64,000 nt of DNA from an uncultured Coriobacteriia bacterium (GTDB taxonomy: Bacteria > Actinomycetota > Coriobacteriia > Coriobacteriales > QAMH01), in contig CATLBX010000002.1 in NCBI GenBank assembly GCA_949879855.1, positions 1,448 through 65,447 of the forward strand. Direction: 5' to 3'. A program made the translations under genes and the position numbers. This document shows positions 10,269-20,894 of the stretch, piece by piece. The notes under the pieces are model-generated. The model was given only the letters and a program-made list of their open reading frames with translations, made no database searches and was not told where the DNA came from. The number at the start of each line of letters is the position of its first letter. Position 1 is the stretch's first letter.

Positions 10269-10502
10269 TGCTCTCCCTTCCCTTTCGTCTCGTGAGCGGA
10301 CACGTGCGTGGGGGAGTTCGCACATGCCTGTCCACCTTCGATTTCATCTTGCGGAAAGGAGAAAACGGCATCAATTATCAAGCGATGCCTTTCGACGCCG
10401 ATGCAAGGCGGCACCTGCGTTCTGTGCAGAAGCAGGTAACAAATTGGGTGATGTGTGAAGCGAGGCTAGTGCCTGTCGTTAGGTGGGTGGGGTTTTCGCT
10501 GT

Positions 10503-10521
10503 ATGTTATACTTTATAACAT
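10503..10521. promoter_or_regulatory. Palindromic operator overlapping a probable -10 of vapBC
   Basis: ATGTTATA-CTT-TATAACAT, 20 nt upstream of the antitoxin ATG. Confidence 0.6.
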
Positions 10522-10540
10522 AGTACGGATGGAGGTCGTC

Positions 10541-10780
10541 ATGCCCCAGCTTTCGCTCTACCTCACCGACGATGCGGCAAGCATCCTACGCGAAGACGCA
10601 AAGCGTTCCGAACAATCTGTGTCCCGCTATGTCTCCGGCTTGGTCATCGATCGACACAATCACGCCTCTGCCTGGCCGGACGGATACTGGGAGTCTGTCT
10701 ACGGCTCCCTGAAAGACCCGTCGTTCACGGTCCCGCCCGAGCTTGACCCCGCGCTCGATGGCCCGCTCCCCGAGTTCTAG
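10541..10780 (+). CDS. vapB: VapB-like antitoxin (RHH-like N-terminus)
   Basis: GGAGG RBS; MPQLSLYLTDD...SVSRYV; acidic tail; directly upstream of a PIN toxin. Confidence 0.75.
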   Translation: MPQLSLYLTDDAASILREDAKRSEQSVSRYVSGLVIDRHNHASAWPDGYWESVYGSLKDPSFTVPPELDPALDGPLPEF

Positions 10781-10788
10781 GAGCGGCC

Positions 10789-11199
10789 GTGTTCTTTCTC
10801 GATTCCGACATCTGCATCAACCTGATGCGGGGCAAGTTGTCCACGACGTATGGCCACATCAGAAACAACAGCCCGGAAATCTTCGGGATACCAGCTGCCG
10901 TCGAGGCGGAGCTGCGCTGTGGTGCCGCGAAGAGCAACAACCCCGTCGAGAACCTACTACTGCTTGAGCGCTTCCTCGTGCCCTTCACGAGCGTTCCCTT
11001 CGACAGGCAATGCGCCATAGCCTATGGTCGCATCAGGGCAGACCTCGAGCAACGTGGCATGAAAATCGGCCCGAACGACCTCTTCATCGCCGCCACGGCA
11101 CTTGCCCATGGAGCCATTCTCGTCACGGGCAATGTGCGCGAGTTCGGACGTATCGACGGACTCGTCGCCGAGTCATGGGACGAAGTCGAACTAGACTAG
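10789..11199 (+). CDS. vapC: VapC PIN-domain toxin
   Basis: FLDSDICI, EAEL, IGPNDLFIAATA, LVTGNVREF. Confidence 0.93.
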   Translation: MFFLDSDICINLMRGKLSTTYGHIRNNSPEIFGIPAAVEAELRCGAAKSNNPVENLLLLERFLVPFTSVPFDRQCAIAYGRIRADLEQRGMKIGPNDLFIAATALAHGAILVTGNVREFGRIDGLVAESWDEVELD

Positions 11200-11379
11200 G
11201 CGCCTGTGGCGGATGCCCTCCTGTCAACATTTTTGGAAAATGGGGCGGCACAGGCACTGGCAAAAAACGCGGGATTGTGGCGCGTAGGCGAAGGTGCTCT
11301 GGCAAGGAATCGCGAGTTATGGCCCACTGGATGGGACGCAAGTGTGCGAATTATGCCAATTGCGACAAAGACCGCGCAG

Positions 11380-11404
11380 TTGTGGCGCGTTGGACGCGCC
11401 ACAA
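11380..11404. repeat. 25-bp palindrome TTGTGGC-N11-GCCACAA between convergent genes
   Basis: TTGTGGCGCGT-TGG-ACGCGCCACAA; left arm repeated at 11275-11285. Confidence 0.6.
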
Positions 11405-11450
11405 ACACATGATGCTTGCCAAGGGCGGGGATGACCTCTAGTTGCTGCCT

Positions 11451-12842
11451 CTAGTACCTGTCGTCGGGGCGGGCGAGGTTGTCGAAGCGCGTGAACTCGC
11501 TTTGGAACGCGAGGCTCACGGTGCCGATGGGACCGTTGCGGTGCTTGGCGACGATGACGTCTGCCGTGTTGAGCGCGGGGCGGTCCTCCTGCTCGGCCTC
11601 CTTCTCTGACAGCGAGCGGTCGAGGAACATGACGATGTCGGCGTCCTGCTCGATGGCGCCGGATTCGCGCAAGTCTGACAGGATGGGGCGCTTGCCCTGG
11701 CGCGACTCGACAGCACGGGAAAGCTGCGAGAGTGCGATGATGGGCATGTCCATTTCCTTCGCGAGAATCTTGAGACCACGGGAAATCTCCGCGATTTCGA
11801 CCTGGCGAGACTCCGTGCGCGTGTTTTGCGGCTGCATGAGCTGCAGATAGTCGACGATGATGAGGCCCTTTTGCGGCTCGACGTTGCGGAGCTGGCGACG
11901 GGCCTTGGCGCGCACCTCGAGAATCGAGGCGCTTGGGGTGTCGTCCACCCACAGGTTGAGCTTGGACAGCGTGTCTGACGCGTTGACGAGCGTCACCCAA
12001 TCCTGGCCGCTCATCTGGCCCGTCTGCATCTTCTTGGAGTTGATGCGCGTCTCGATGGAGAGCACGCGCTGAACGAGCTGGGTGGCCGACATCTCGAGCG
12101 AGAAGAAGGCGACCGAGGTGCCGAGCTGGGCGGCGCGATTCGCGATGTTGAGCGCGAGGGCCGTCTTGCCCACGGAGGGACGGGCGGCGAGGATGACGAG
12201 GTCTCCACCGCGCAGGCCGCCGAAGAGATCATCGAGGTCCTTGAAGCCGGTGCGCACGCCGTTGTAGCGGCTCTTGGTGTTGGCGAGCTCCTGGAGCTCG
12301 TTGAAGGTCTCGACCACGAGCGAGCTCATGGACTTGAAGTTGGTGGAAACGCGCTTGTTGGTGACCTCGAAGAGGAGCTTCTCGGAGGTCTCGACGACCT
12401 CGTCGAGGTCGTCTGGCGCGTCGTAGCCCAGCGCGGTGATGCGCACGGCGGCGCCGATGAGATCGCGCAGCATGGCGGCACGCTTGACGATGTCTGCGTG
12501 GTGGGCCCAGTTTGCCAGCGCATAGGTGTTGTTGCCGAGCTCGACGATGTAGGGCTTGCCACCCACGGCGTCGAGATCTCCGCGCGTCTTGAGGCGGTCT
12601 GCCAGGGAAAGCTGGTCGATGGGAGCGTTCTTGTTGTAGAGCTCTTCCATGGCCTCGAAGATCTTGCGGTGCGCGGGACGGTAGAACTCCTTGGCCGAAA
12701 GCTTCATGAGGGCTTCCTCGACGACCTCGGTGTCCTGGCCGAGGAGCATGGCCGCGAGGACGGCCTTCTCGGCATCGACGTCCTGGGGCATGATGCGCTC
12801 GACCGAACTGTTGGCATTCGATGTGTAGGCAAGCTCTGGCAT
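11451..12842 (-). CDS. dnaB: Replicative DNA helicase
   Basis: PQDVDAEKAVL, AARPSVGKT, IIVDYLQLM, LSQLSR, DLRESGAIEQDAD, AKHRNGP; no intein. Confidence 0.97.
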   Translation of the reverse strand: MPELAYTSNANSSVERIMPQDVDAEKAVLAAMLLGQDTEVVEEALMKLSAKEFYRPAHRKIFEAMEELYNKNAPIDQLSLADRLKTRGDLDAVGGKPYIVELGNNTYALANWAHHADIVKRAAMLRDLIGAAVRITALGYDAPDDLDEVVETSEKLLFEVTNKRVSTNFKSMSSLVVETFNELQELANTKSRYNGVRTGFKDLDDLFGGLRGGDLVILAARPSVGKTALALNIANRAAQLGTSVAFFSLEMSATQLVQRVLSIETRINSKKMQTGQMSGQDWVTLVNASDTLSKLNLWVDDTPSASILEVRAKARRQLRNVEPQKGLIIVDYLQLMQPQNTRTESRQVEIAEISRGLKILAKEMDMPIIALSQLSRAVESRQGKRPILSDLRESGAIEQDADIVMFLDRSLSEKEAEQEDRPALNTADVIVAKHRNGPIGTVSLAFQSEFTRFDNLARPDDRY

Positions 12843-13029
12843 GGTGCTTTCGCGTCTCCTTGTTGGGTGGTTCCTCCTCGGGGGTGAACACCATACCCGT
12901 TTGGTGAGACACGAACACCCTCGTTTGCGCTCTTCAACACCCGATGTGGAGAGCAGGGCGCCATCACAAGGGGAAAACGCCGGGTTTTCCACTTATAAAC
13001 GGATTTTCGGACTTTCTCGAGCGGCAAAA

Positions 13030-13162
13030 TGTCATTTCGACCGGAGGCGCGAAGCGCCGGAGTGGAGAAATCTCCTCCGTTGCAATAAGCAAGGTGCCGC
13101 CCGCAACGAAAGGGCGAGATTTCTCGACTCCGCAGCCTTCGGTTGCTGCGCTCGAAATGACA
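13030..13162. repeat. Family B composite palindromic repeat (REPIN-like)
   Basis: TGTCATTTCGA...GAGAAATCT / AGATTTCTC...TCGAAATGACA nested inverted repeats. Confidence 0.85.
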
Positions 13163-13167
13163 AGAAG

Positions 13168-14742
13168 CTAGATGTGGGCGGGGGCGTCGGTGCCGCTTTC
13201 GACACGCTGCGCGTTGTGGCGATGCTGGTCGATCATGCGATTAAGCGCGTTGACGTAGGCCTTGCCCGAGCTCACGGTGATGTCGCGATCGCTGCCGCGA
13301 CCGATGAAGATCGAGCCGTCACGGTCCATGATGCGCACGGTCACTTCGCCGAGGGCATCGATGCCACGCGTCACGGCGTTGACCGAGTACTCCATGAGGT
13401 CGTTCTCGGCCTGCACGATCTTGTTAATCGCCGAGTACATGGCGTCGATGGGGCCCGACCCGATCTCGCAGACGGTGCATACCTCTCCGTCTTCGTCGGT
13501 GATGGTCACGGTCGCCGTCGAGACGAGCGGCTGGCCGCAGGAAATCTGCACGGCATCCAACCGGTAGATGGCATTCTCGTTACGGTCCTGCTCTCCCATG
13601 AGCGAGTGCAGGTCGTCGTCGTAGATTTCCTTCTTGCTGTCGGCGAGTTCGAGGAAGGCGCCGTGAATCTGCTCGAACTTGTCATCGGGAATGCCCGCGT
13701 ACCCCAGGTCTTCGAGGCGCTTGCGCAAGGCGGCGTGGCCGCTGCGTGCGGTGAGCACGATCTGGCTGCCGGAAACGCCCACGTCCTCGGGTGCGATGAT
13801 CTCGTAGGTGGTGCGGTTCTTGATGACGCCGTCCTGGTGGATGCCCGAGCTGTGCGCGAAGGCATTGGCGCCGACCACGGCCTTGTTGGGCTGCACGTTG
13901 ATGCCCGTGATGGACGAGACGAGACGGCTCGCGTGCGCGAACTCGGTCGTGTTGATGTCGGTGTGGGCGTCGAGCTCGGCCTCGTGCATCTTGATCGCCA
14001 TGACGACTTCCTCCATGGCGGTGTTGCCCGCGCGCTCGCCCAGGCCGTTGATGGTGCACTCGACCTGCGTGGCACCGTTCATCACGCCCGCGAGCGAGAG
14101 CGCCGTGGCCATGCCCAGGTCGTTGTGGCAATGCACGGAAACGCAGACGTCCTCGATGCCGTTGACGTGCTCCATGAGGTAGCGGATGCGCTGGCCGAAC
14201 TCCCAGGGCACGCTGAAGCCCGTGGTGTCGGGGATGTTCACGACCGTGGCCCCGGCCTTGATGACGGCCTCGAGCATGCGGGCGAGGTCCTCGTAGGGCG
14301 CACGACCGGCATCTTCGGCGTAAAACTCGACATCCTCGACGAAGCGCCTGGCGTGACGCACGGCGGCAACGCCCTGGTCAATGGCCTCGTCGAGCGTCAT
14401 GCCCTTGAACTTGAAGCGAAGGTGCTCGGGCGAAACGCCGATGCCCGTGTGGATGCGCGGACGGGCCGCGACCTCGAGCGCTTCGGCGCACACGTCGATG
14501 TCATGCTCGACGGCGCGCGTGAGGCCCGCGACGACGCACTGGTCGCCACAGGTGAGGGCGATATCCTGCACGGACTTGAAGTCACCGGGACTCGACACTG
14601 GAAAGCCCGCCTCGATCACATCGACGTTGAGGCGCAGGAGCTGGCGCGTGATGTCGAGCTTCTCCTGGGCGTTCATGCTCGCACCGGGCGATTGCTCGCC
14701 GTCGCGCAGCGTGGTATCGAATATGGCGATCTTTCTGCTCAT
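13168..14742 (-). CDS. leuA: 2-isopropylmalate synthase
   Basis: FDTTLRDGEQ, HCHNDLG, GLGERAGN, AFAHSSGIHQDG; C-terminal regulatory domain. Confidence 0.96.
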   Translation of the reverse strand: MSRKIAIFDTTLRDGEQSPGASMNAQEKLDITRQLLRLNVDVIEAGFPVSSPGDFKSVQDIALTCGDQCVVAGLTRAVEHDIDVCAEALEVAARPRIHTGIGVSPEHLRFKFKGMTLDEAIDQGVAAVRHARRFVEDVEFYAEDAGRAPYEDLARMLEAVIKAGATVVNIPDTTGFSVPWEFGQRIRYLMEHVNGIEDVCVSVHCHNDLGMATALSLAGVMNGATQVECTINGLGERAGNTAMEEVVMAIKMHEAELDAHTDINTTEFAHASRLVSSITGINVQPNKAVVGANAFAHSSGIHQDGVIKNRTTYEIIAPEDVGVSGSQIVLTARSGHAALRKRLEDLGYAGIPDDKFEQIHGAFLELADSKKEIYDDDLHSLMGEQDRNENAIYRLDAVQISCGQPLVSTATVTITDEDGEVCTVCEIGSGPIDAMYSAINKIVQAENDLMEYSVNAVTRGIDALGEVTVRIMDRDGSIFIGRGSDRDITVSSGKAYVNALNRMIDQHRHNAQRVESGTDAPAHI

Positions 14743-14945
14743 GGCGTCCTCCCGCGAATCTTGAAGCGAATACTACCTGAGACGTGCGCAAACGCAAGGA
14801 AAAGCTTGGGCTTCGTACCGCGAGAACGATGTCGTACCACCCGTCTGAATTCACTTACCCCTCTTTTTCGGTATATGTATGCGCGCGTGCATGCATTACC
14901 ATACGCATCTATACATAGCGAGTTTCTCATCATGGGGAGGAGAAC

Positions 14946-16484
14946 ATGCGCATAGGCATACCTCGGGAGCCAAATCCCGAACAGACGCTTGTCGCCGGAA
15001 CGCCCGACAGCGTCAAGAAACTCATCAAGCTCGGTTATGAAGTCGCTGTCGAAAGTGGAGCTGGCGCCAGAGCGAGCTATTTCGACGAGGCGTACGCAGA
15101 GGCGGGCGCGAAAATCGTGAGCCGCGAGGAGGCATGGGGCGCCGACATCGTCGTGTGCCTGGACACGCCGCCGGAGGCGGAACTCGCCCTCATCAAGCGT
15201 GGCGCGACGCTCATCGCGCGCATGAACCCGGGTGCGAACCCGGAGGTTATCGAGAAGTTCGAGGAGATGGGCATCACGGCGCTCGCCATGGACATGGTGC
15301 CGCGCCTGTCCCGTTCGCAGTCCCTCGACGTGCGCTCGTCCATGGCCAACGTGGGCGGCTACCGTGCGGTTATCGAGGCGGCCAACGTCTTCGGGCGCCT
15401 CTTCACCGGCCAGGTGACCGCCGCCGGCAAGATGCCCCCGGCCCACGTCTACGTCATCGGCGTCGGCGTCGCGGGTCTGGCGACCATCGGCACGGCCAAC
15501 TCCATGGGCGCCGAGGTCTCGGCCACCGACGTGCGCGCGGACGTGGCCGACCAGGTCGAGTCGCTCGGCGCGACCTTCGTCGAGATTCCCGTCAAGCAGG
15601 AGAGCTCGGACGGCTACGCCAAAGCGCTTGACGAGGACGAGCAGGCGCGCGTCCTCAAGGTCTACGAGGACCAGGCCGCCGTCAACGACATCGTCATCAC
15701 GACGGCGCAGGTACCGGGTCGCCCCGCACCGCTGCTGCTCACGGAGGCGGCGGTCGCCGCCATGAAGCCCGGCAGCGTCATCGTCGACATGGGCGCAAGC
15801 CCCCTGGGCGGCAACTGCGCGCTGTCCAAGCCGGGCGAGGTCGTCGTCACCGACAACGGCGTGACCATCATCGGCTACACCGACCTGCCAGGCCGCTTGC
15901 CCGGTCAGGCCTCGCAGCTCTACGGCCAGAACATCGTGAACTTCTTCAAGCTCACCACGCCGGGCAAGGACGGCGAGCTCGTGCTGGACGAGGATGACGA
16001 GGTCATCCGCGGCGTCACCGTCACGCTCGACGGTACGGGCATGTGGCCGCCGCCCGCGGTCAGCGTCTCGGCGGCCCCCAAGAAGGAGGAGGCACCCGCC
16101 GAAGCCGCTCCGGTCGAGGAGCCGAAGGAGAAGTCGGCGTTCGCGAAGTGGTGGTGGAAGGTGCTCGCCGTGCTGTTGGGCGCGGTCGTCGTCATGCTCG
16201 CCCCGCCGTCCATGACCTCGCACTTCGTCGTGCTTGAGCTGGCCATCGTCGTGGGCTTCTACGTGATCGGCGGCGTGTCGCATACGCTGCACACCCCGCT
16301 CATGTCGGTGACCAACGCGGTCTCGGGCATCATCATCGTGGGTGCAATCCTGCTCATCAGCTCGTCGAACCTCGTGGTCACCATCCTCGCGTTCATCGCC
16401 ATGGCCGTGGCCTCCATCAACATCTTCGGCGGCTTCCTCGTGACGCACCGAATGCTCAAGATGTTCGAGAGGAGCTCTGATTAA
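14946..16484 (+). CDS. pntA: NAD(P) transhydrogenase alpha subunit
   Basis: [38 protein letters not shown]. Confidence 0.97.
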   Translation: MRIGIPREPNPEQTLVAGTPDSVKKLIKLGYEVAVESGAGARASYFDEAYAEAGAKIVSREEAWGADIVVCLDTPPEAELALIKRGATLIARMNPGANPEVIEKFEEMGITALAMDMVPRLSRSQSLDVRSSMANVGGYRAVIEAANVFGRLFTGQVTAAGKMPPAHVYVIGVGVAGLATIGTANSMGAEVSATDVRADVADQVESLGATFVEIPVKQESSDGYAKALDEDEQARVLKVYEDQAAVNDIVITTAQVPGRPAPLLLTEAAVAAMKPGSVIVDMGASPLGGNCALSKPGEVVVTDNGVTIIGYTDLPGRLPGQASQLYGQNIVNFFKLTTPGKDGELVLDEDDEVIRGVTVTLDGTGMWPPPAVSVSAAPKKEEAPAEAAPVEEPKEKSAFAKWWWKVLAVLLGAVVVMLAPPSMTSHFVVLELAIVVGFYVIGGVSHTLHTPLMSVTNAVSGIIIVGAILLISSSNLVVTILAFIAMAVASINIFGGFLVTHRMLKMFERSSD

Positions 16485-16486
16485 CG

Positions 16487-17929
16487 ATGAACTCTACGAT
16501 TCTCGACGCCCTCGCGCACTTCGAATCGCTCGCGTACCTTGTCGCGGCGCTGCTCTTCATCCTCGCCCTTGCGGGGCTCTCCAAGCAGAAGACCGCCCAG
16601 CGCGGTAACTTCTTCGGCATCGCGGGCATGGTGCTCGCGCTCGTCGCTGTCATCCTCGTGACGCTCGTCTCGTCCACGCAGCCCCTCGGCCCCGTCATCG
16701 GCTTCATGGCTGCCGCCATCGTCATCGGCGCCATCATCGGCATTTGGCGCGCCAAGACCGTGCAGATGACCGCCATGCCGCAGCTCGTGGCCATGCTGCA
16801 CTCCTTCGTGGGCGCGGCTGCCGTGCTCGTGGCCTTCGGTTCGTTCTTCACGACGCCGGGCCACCTGGCCGGAGGTGCCGAAAACGCCTTCCACATGGCC
16901 GAGACCGGCCTGGCCGTCTTCATCGGCGCGGTCACCTTCACCGGCTCGATCATCGCCTACCTCAAGCTGGCGGCCCGCATTTCGGGCAAGCCGCTCACAC
17001 TTCCGGGGCGCAACATCCTCAACCTCATCATGGTCATCGCATCCATCGCGCTCATCGTGTGGTTCGCCAACACCGAGGGCGTCGATGCAGGCCTCGTGCC
17101 GCTCGTCATCCTGACGGTCGTCTCGCTCGTGCTCGGCCTGCACCTGGTCATGGCCATCGGCGGTGGCGACATGCCCGTGGTCATCTCGATGCTCAACTCG
17201 TACTCGGGCTGGGCGGCCGCCATGGTCGGCCTCACGCTCGGCAACGACCTGCTCATCATCACCGGCGCGCTCGTAGGCTCGTCGGGCGCGTACCTGTCCT
17301 ACATCATGTGCCAGGGCATGAACCGCTCGTTCGTGTCGGTTATCCTGGGCGGCTTTGGCTCCGCGCCCGCTGCCTCCTCGGGTAGCGGCGCCACGCAGGG
17401 CGGCGAGCACACCGAAACGACCCCCGAAGAGGTCGCCGAGATGCTGCGCAACGCCAAGAGCGTCGTCGTCACGCCCGGTTACGGCATGGCCGTGGCCCAG
17501 GCGCAGTTCCCCGTCGCCGACCTCACGCGCAAGCTCATCGAGCGCGGCGTGGACGTGAAGTTCGGCATCCACCCCGTTGCCGGCCGCATGCCGGGCCACA
17601 TGAACGTGCTGCTGGCCGAGGCCAAGGTGCCCTACGACGCGGTCTACGAGATGGACGAGATCAACGACGACTTCGGTGACGTGGACGTGGTGCTCGTCAT
17701 CGGCGCGAACGACACCGTGAACCCGTCGGCCGCCACCGAGCCGGGCAGCCCCATTGCCGGCATGCCGGTGCTGCACGTGTGGGAGGCCGGAAAGGTCATC
17801 GTCTCCAAGCGCAAGATGGGCTCGGCGGGCTACTCCGGCGTGGACAACCCGCTGTTCTACAACGAGAACACCGACATGCTGCTGGGAGACGCCAAGGAGA
17901 GCGTCGACGCAATCATCGCCGCGCTGTAA
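16487..17929 (+). CDS. pntB: NAD(P) transhydrogenase beta subunit
   Basis: [49 protein letters not shown]. Confidence 0.97.
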   Translation: MNSTILDALAHFESLAYLVAALLFILALAGLSKQKTAQRGNFFGIAGMVLALVAVILVTLVSSTQPLGPVIGFMAAAIVIGAIIGIWRAKTVQMTAMPQLVAMLHSFVGAAAVLVAFGSFFTTPGHLAGGAENAFHMAETGLAVFIGAVTFTGSIIAYLKLAARISGKPLTLPGRNILNLIMVIASIALIVWFANTEGVDAGLVPLVILTVVSLVLGLHLVMAIGGGDMPVVISMLNSYSGWAAAMVGLTLGNDLLIITGALVGSSGAYLSYIMCQGMNRSFVSVILGGFGSAPAASSGSGATQGGEHTETTPEEVAEMLRNAKSVVVTPGYGMAVAQAQFPVADLTRKLIERGVDVKFGIHPVAGRMPGHMNVLLAEAKVPYDAVYEMDEINDDFGDVDVVLVIGANDTVNPSAATEPGSPIAGMPVLHVWEAGKVIVSKRKMGSAGYSGVDNPLFYNENTDMLLGDAKESVDAIIAAL

Positions 17930-17956
17930 GCGCGAACGGCATAGAGTTTCAAGCGA

Positions 17957-17983
17957 TGCGGGCCTCGCGATGCGGGGCCCGTA
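17957..17983 (+). terminator. Hairpin downstream of pntB
   Basis: GCGGGCCTCGC-GAT-GCGGGGCCCGT followed by a T-rich tract. Confidence 0.5.
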
Positions 17984-18062
17984 TTCGTGTTTGTAGTGTA
18001 GAACACTGTAACTTAGCCTTTATTCTGGCTATAATTATAGACACTTACGAAGGGAGCACACG

Positions 18063-18275
18063 ATGGCTGCACTGACGATGGGACTTGCAGAAGCAAAGAA
18101 CAACTTTTCGAAAGTCACCTCTGAGGTGAACAAGACTGGCCGACCTGTCACCGTCCTCAAGAACAACAAGCCGTGGGTCGTCATACAGCCCGCGTCTGCG
18201 GCGGGCAGCATTGTCGATGTTGCCGTAGACTTCATGGACGAGTACTCCGAGGTCTTTGAAGAGCTCGCCAAATGA
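18063..18275 (+). CDS. Phd/YefM antitoxin
   Basis: EAKNNFSKV...PVTVLKNNKP; CTATAATTATAG palindrome upstream at 18029-18040. Confidence 0.88.
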   Translation: MAALTMGLAEAKNNFSKVTSEVNKTGRPVTVLKNNKPWVVIQPASAAGSIVDVAVDFMDEYSEVFEELAK

Positions 18276-18658
18276 CCGCAATCGAACCGATATCCGAAGA
18301 AGACGCACTTGCAGTTCACTCTGCTGCAATCCGCAAGTTCGGCGGTCTTGACGGCGTGCGCGACTGGGAGTTGCTGAGGTCGGCACTAGCCCAACCACAC
18401 CAAACATTTGATGGCGTTGACCTCTATCCGGATACCGTTGCAAAGGCTTGCAGGTATGCCTTCGGAATCATACGCGATCATCCGTTTCTTGATGGAAATA
18501 AGCGCGTGGGTACAGCGCTGCTCGGCGCATATCTACGAAAATGCGGGTTTACCTTTATGCCGCGATCAGAAGAGCTGCTCTACACCATGCTCCGCGTGGC
18601 GGAAGGAGAGCTGGGCTTCGAAGAACTCATCGAGTGGGTGCGTCTGAACGTCTCTTGA
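18272..18658 (+). CDS. doc: Doc (Fido) toxin
   Basis: FGGLDGVRD, HPFLDGNKRVG; ATGA overlap with the antitoxin. Confidence 0.92.
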   Translation: MTAIEPISEEDALAVHSAAIRKFGGLDGVRDWELLRSALAQPHQTFDGVDLYPDTVAKACRYAFGIIRDHPFLDGNKRVGTALLGAYLRKCGFTFMPRSEELLYTMLRVAEGELGFEELIEWVRLNVS

Positions 18659-18671
18659 TAAGACGGCACAC

Positions 18672-19586
18672 TTACGGCTTGCAGCTGCCGCAGGGTTTGT
18701 AGCCTGCGGCGATGAGCTCGTCGCGCGTCTGCGTGCTGGCCCGCTTGTTGTTGGCGCCAATCGTGGGCACAGAATCGCAGGTGGGGAGGTGAAAGCGCTT
18801 GCTGCGCGTGTTGAGGATGTAGCTCGCCTCGACATCCTGGACGGCGGCCGTGCTTGAACCGCTTTCGCTTCCCGACCCCGCCGCTTCGCCAGAAAGCCAG
18901 TTGGCACCCGTCGCGTAGTCTATCTCGATACCATCCTGCTCGTTGGGAATGAAGACGTTGAAGCTGATACCCCTGCCGCCATCCTCGACAGACAGCGCCT
19001 CCATCTGCACACCACGCGCCACCAGCTCGCGTTCCTCGAACACCGGCGTGACCCGGTAGAGCACGTGATTGCCAGTCGTATCGATGTAGCGGGCGACCTG
19101 GTTCTCGAACTGCGTCATCGCCAGGTTCATCTGCCGCGTGCCGGTTATGAGGTTGCGGTCGTTGAGGTCTTCGGCCGCAAGGCTGTAGGCAATAAGATGG
19201 CAGCGGTTGTAGAGCAGGCCTCCGTCGATGAAGTCGTATTCGGCTCGCTGCCAGCCCGTGGGCTTGATGGAGCTGATCTGCTCGCGCTCCTTGGTGGGCA
19301 TCGTGTCCTGGCCCAGGCACGCCGTGGCAGGCCCGCAGCGACCCAGCCAGTCGAGACTGCTGTAGTCCTCGAACGACGAGCGAACGTCCTCGTAGCCGGT
19401 GAAGTCCGGAGCTCCGAGGTCCTGCGCGTATTCGGTCGAGAAGTCGACGTTGGTGCTGTGGTCTTCGAACGAGCAGCCCCAAAGGAGCGCGGACGCAAGC
19501 ACGAGGGCAAGCGCACACGCGCAGGAAAGCGAGCGAAGAGGGGCCGTTCGCTGATTGCGGTTGGGCTGTGAGGATGCGGCGTTCAT
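18672..19586 (-). CDS. Exported DNA/RNA non-specific endonuclease (DNA-entry nuclease-like) with C-terminal metal-binding domain
   Basis: Signal/lipobox LWGC; LDWLGRCG, NRCHLIA, NLITGTRQMN, YRVTP; FHLPTC...PCGSC. Confidence 0.88.
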   Translation of the reverse strand: MNAASSQPNRNQRTAPLRSLSCACALALVLASALLWGCSFEDHSTNVDFSTEYAQDLGAPDFTGYEDVRSSFEDYSSLDWLGRCGPATACLGQDTMPTKEREQISSIKPTGWQRAEYDFIDGGLLYNRCHLIAYSLAAEDLNDRNLITGTRQMNLAMTQFENQVARYIDTTGNHVLYRVTPVFEERELVARGVQMEALSVEDGGRGISFNVFIPNEQDGIEIDYATGANWLSGEAAGSGSESGSSTAAVQDVEASYILNTRSKRFHLPTCDSVPTIGANNKRASTQTRDELIAAGYKPCGSCKP

Positions 19587-19661
19587 GGATCCACTGTATC
19601 ACGCCGGTCACTTTGTGTGACAAGGGGTCTGACCCCGTGGCACACGCGGTATGATTGCCCC

Positions 19662-20801
19662 ATGCAAAACGAGGAGAGAACATCGCGGAAAGACGCGGCC
19701 AAGGCTGCCTGGCTACGGGAGCTTAGACGGCTGTGGCTCCTGGTGCCGGGCGTCATCGCGCTCGTGCTCACGATGCTCGCACGGGCGAATCCGGATACAT
19801 GTGAACATCTCTTCAGTCGTAGCGTCTACCCGTGGGTTTCGAGCGTATGGGGCTACCTGCCATCACTTGTGGGCTTCTCGGTGGCGCAATGGGTAGTGAT
19901 CATTGCCGTCGTGTCGATTGCATGCATGCTCGTCCATTACATCATGCGCATCATCAGGCGCGACGGCGAGCGCTTGCGTTACATGTACCGCCTGGTCATG
20001 AGTGTGGTTGGCATCGTGTCGATTGCGTTCTTTCTCTACGCCATGCTTTGCGGACTCAATTATTACCGTTACACCTTTGTGCAAAACGAAGGCTTCGACG
20101 TACGCGAGTCCACCACGCAGGAGCTGGTCGGTCTGTGTAACGAGCTTGCCGTCGAGCTCAATGCCACGCGCGCCGAGATTGGCGATGACATGCAGGCGCA
20201 TATCGACGAACGTGGAGGGTTTGCAGGTTACGCCGCGCGCAGCGTCGACGAGATGAAGGCCCTCGCGGAGGAGTACCCCACGCTCCAGCGACCGGTCTAC
20301 TCACGACCCAAGCCGGTGACGCTGTTCTCGCAGCTCATGTCCTATGGTGACATCACAGGCATGTACTTCGCGTTCACGGTGGAGAGCAACATCAACACGC
20401 TGCCGCCGTTCTTCACGATTCCGGCGACCATGGGTCACGAGCTCGCCCATCAATGCGGGTACATGCGTGAGGATGAAGCGAACTTCATCGGCTACCTCGC
20501 ATGCAAGCAAAGCGGTGACCCGTTCATTCGGTACAGCGGTTACTTTCACGCATATTCCTATGCGTTCTCGGCGCTCTATCAGGTTGACAAGGAGGCTGCC
20601 CGCACGATTGATGCGCAGCTTTCGGATGCGGTGCGCGCGGATTATGCGGCGAACCGGGAGTTCTGGGCAGGCTACGAGGGGCCATTCCGCGAGGTGGCCC
20701 AGGGCATGAACGACGCGTACCTGAAGGCCAACGACCAGGCCGATGGCACGCGCAGCTACGGCCGCATGGTGGACTTGCTGCTGGCGGAGAGGCGCGGGTA
20801 A
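19662..20801 (+). CDS. DUF3810 membrane protein (putative zinc metallopeptidase)
   Basis: N-terminal TMs, GLNYYR, HELAHQCGYMREDEANF. Confidence 0.85.
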   Translation: MQNEERTSRKDAAKAAWLRELRRLWLLVPGVIALVLTMLARANPDTCEHLFSRSVYPWVSSVWGYLPSLVGFSVAQWVVIIAVVSIACMLVHYIMRIIRRDGERLRYMYRLVMSVVGIVSIAFFLYAMLCGLNYYRYTFVQNEGFDVRESTTQELVGLCNELAVELNATRAEIGDDMQAHIDERGGFAGYAARSVDEMKALAEEYPTLQRPVYSRPKPVTLFSQLMSYGDITGMYFAFTVESNINTLPPFFTIPATMGHELAHQCGYMREDEANFIGYLACKQSGDPFIRYSGYFHAYSYAFSALYQVDKEAARTIDAQLSDAVRADYAANREFWAGYEGPFREVAQGMNDAYLKANDQADGTRSYGRMVDLLLAERRG

Positions 20802-20806
20802 GCGCA

Positions 20807-20889
20807 AGATTTCTCGACTACGCTCACTTCGTTTGCTTCGCTCGAAATGACATTGGGGGTGCCGCTTCGCGCCTTCGCTCGAAATGACA
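20807..20889. repeat. Family B repeat, half element plus extra unit
   Basis: AGATTTCTCGAC...CGCTCGAAATGACA...CGCTCGAAATGACA between convergent genes. Confidence 0.85.
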
Positions 20890-20894
20890 GCTCG

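Noticed and set aside
6699-10295. 1198-aa + strand ORF and similar long ORFs (12841-14955, 21993-23768, 36836-38506, 42177-43808, 14739-16448)
   Set aside because: Antisense shadows of well-supported genes in high-GC DNA; no recognisable motifs
14743-14945. T-box or leader-peptide attenuator upstream of leuA (GGGTGGTAC)
   Set aside because: The T-box consensus is incomplete, the region is short and shared with the divergent pntA promoter, and there is no Leu-rich leader
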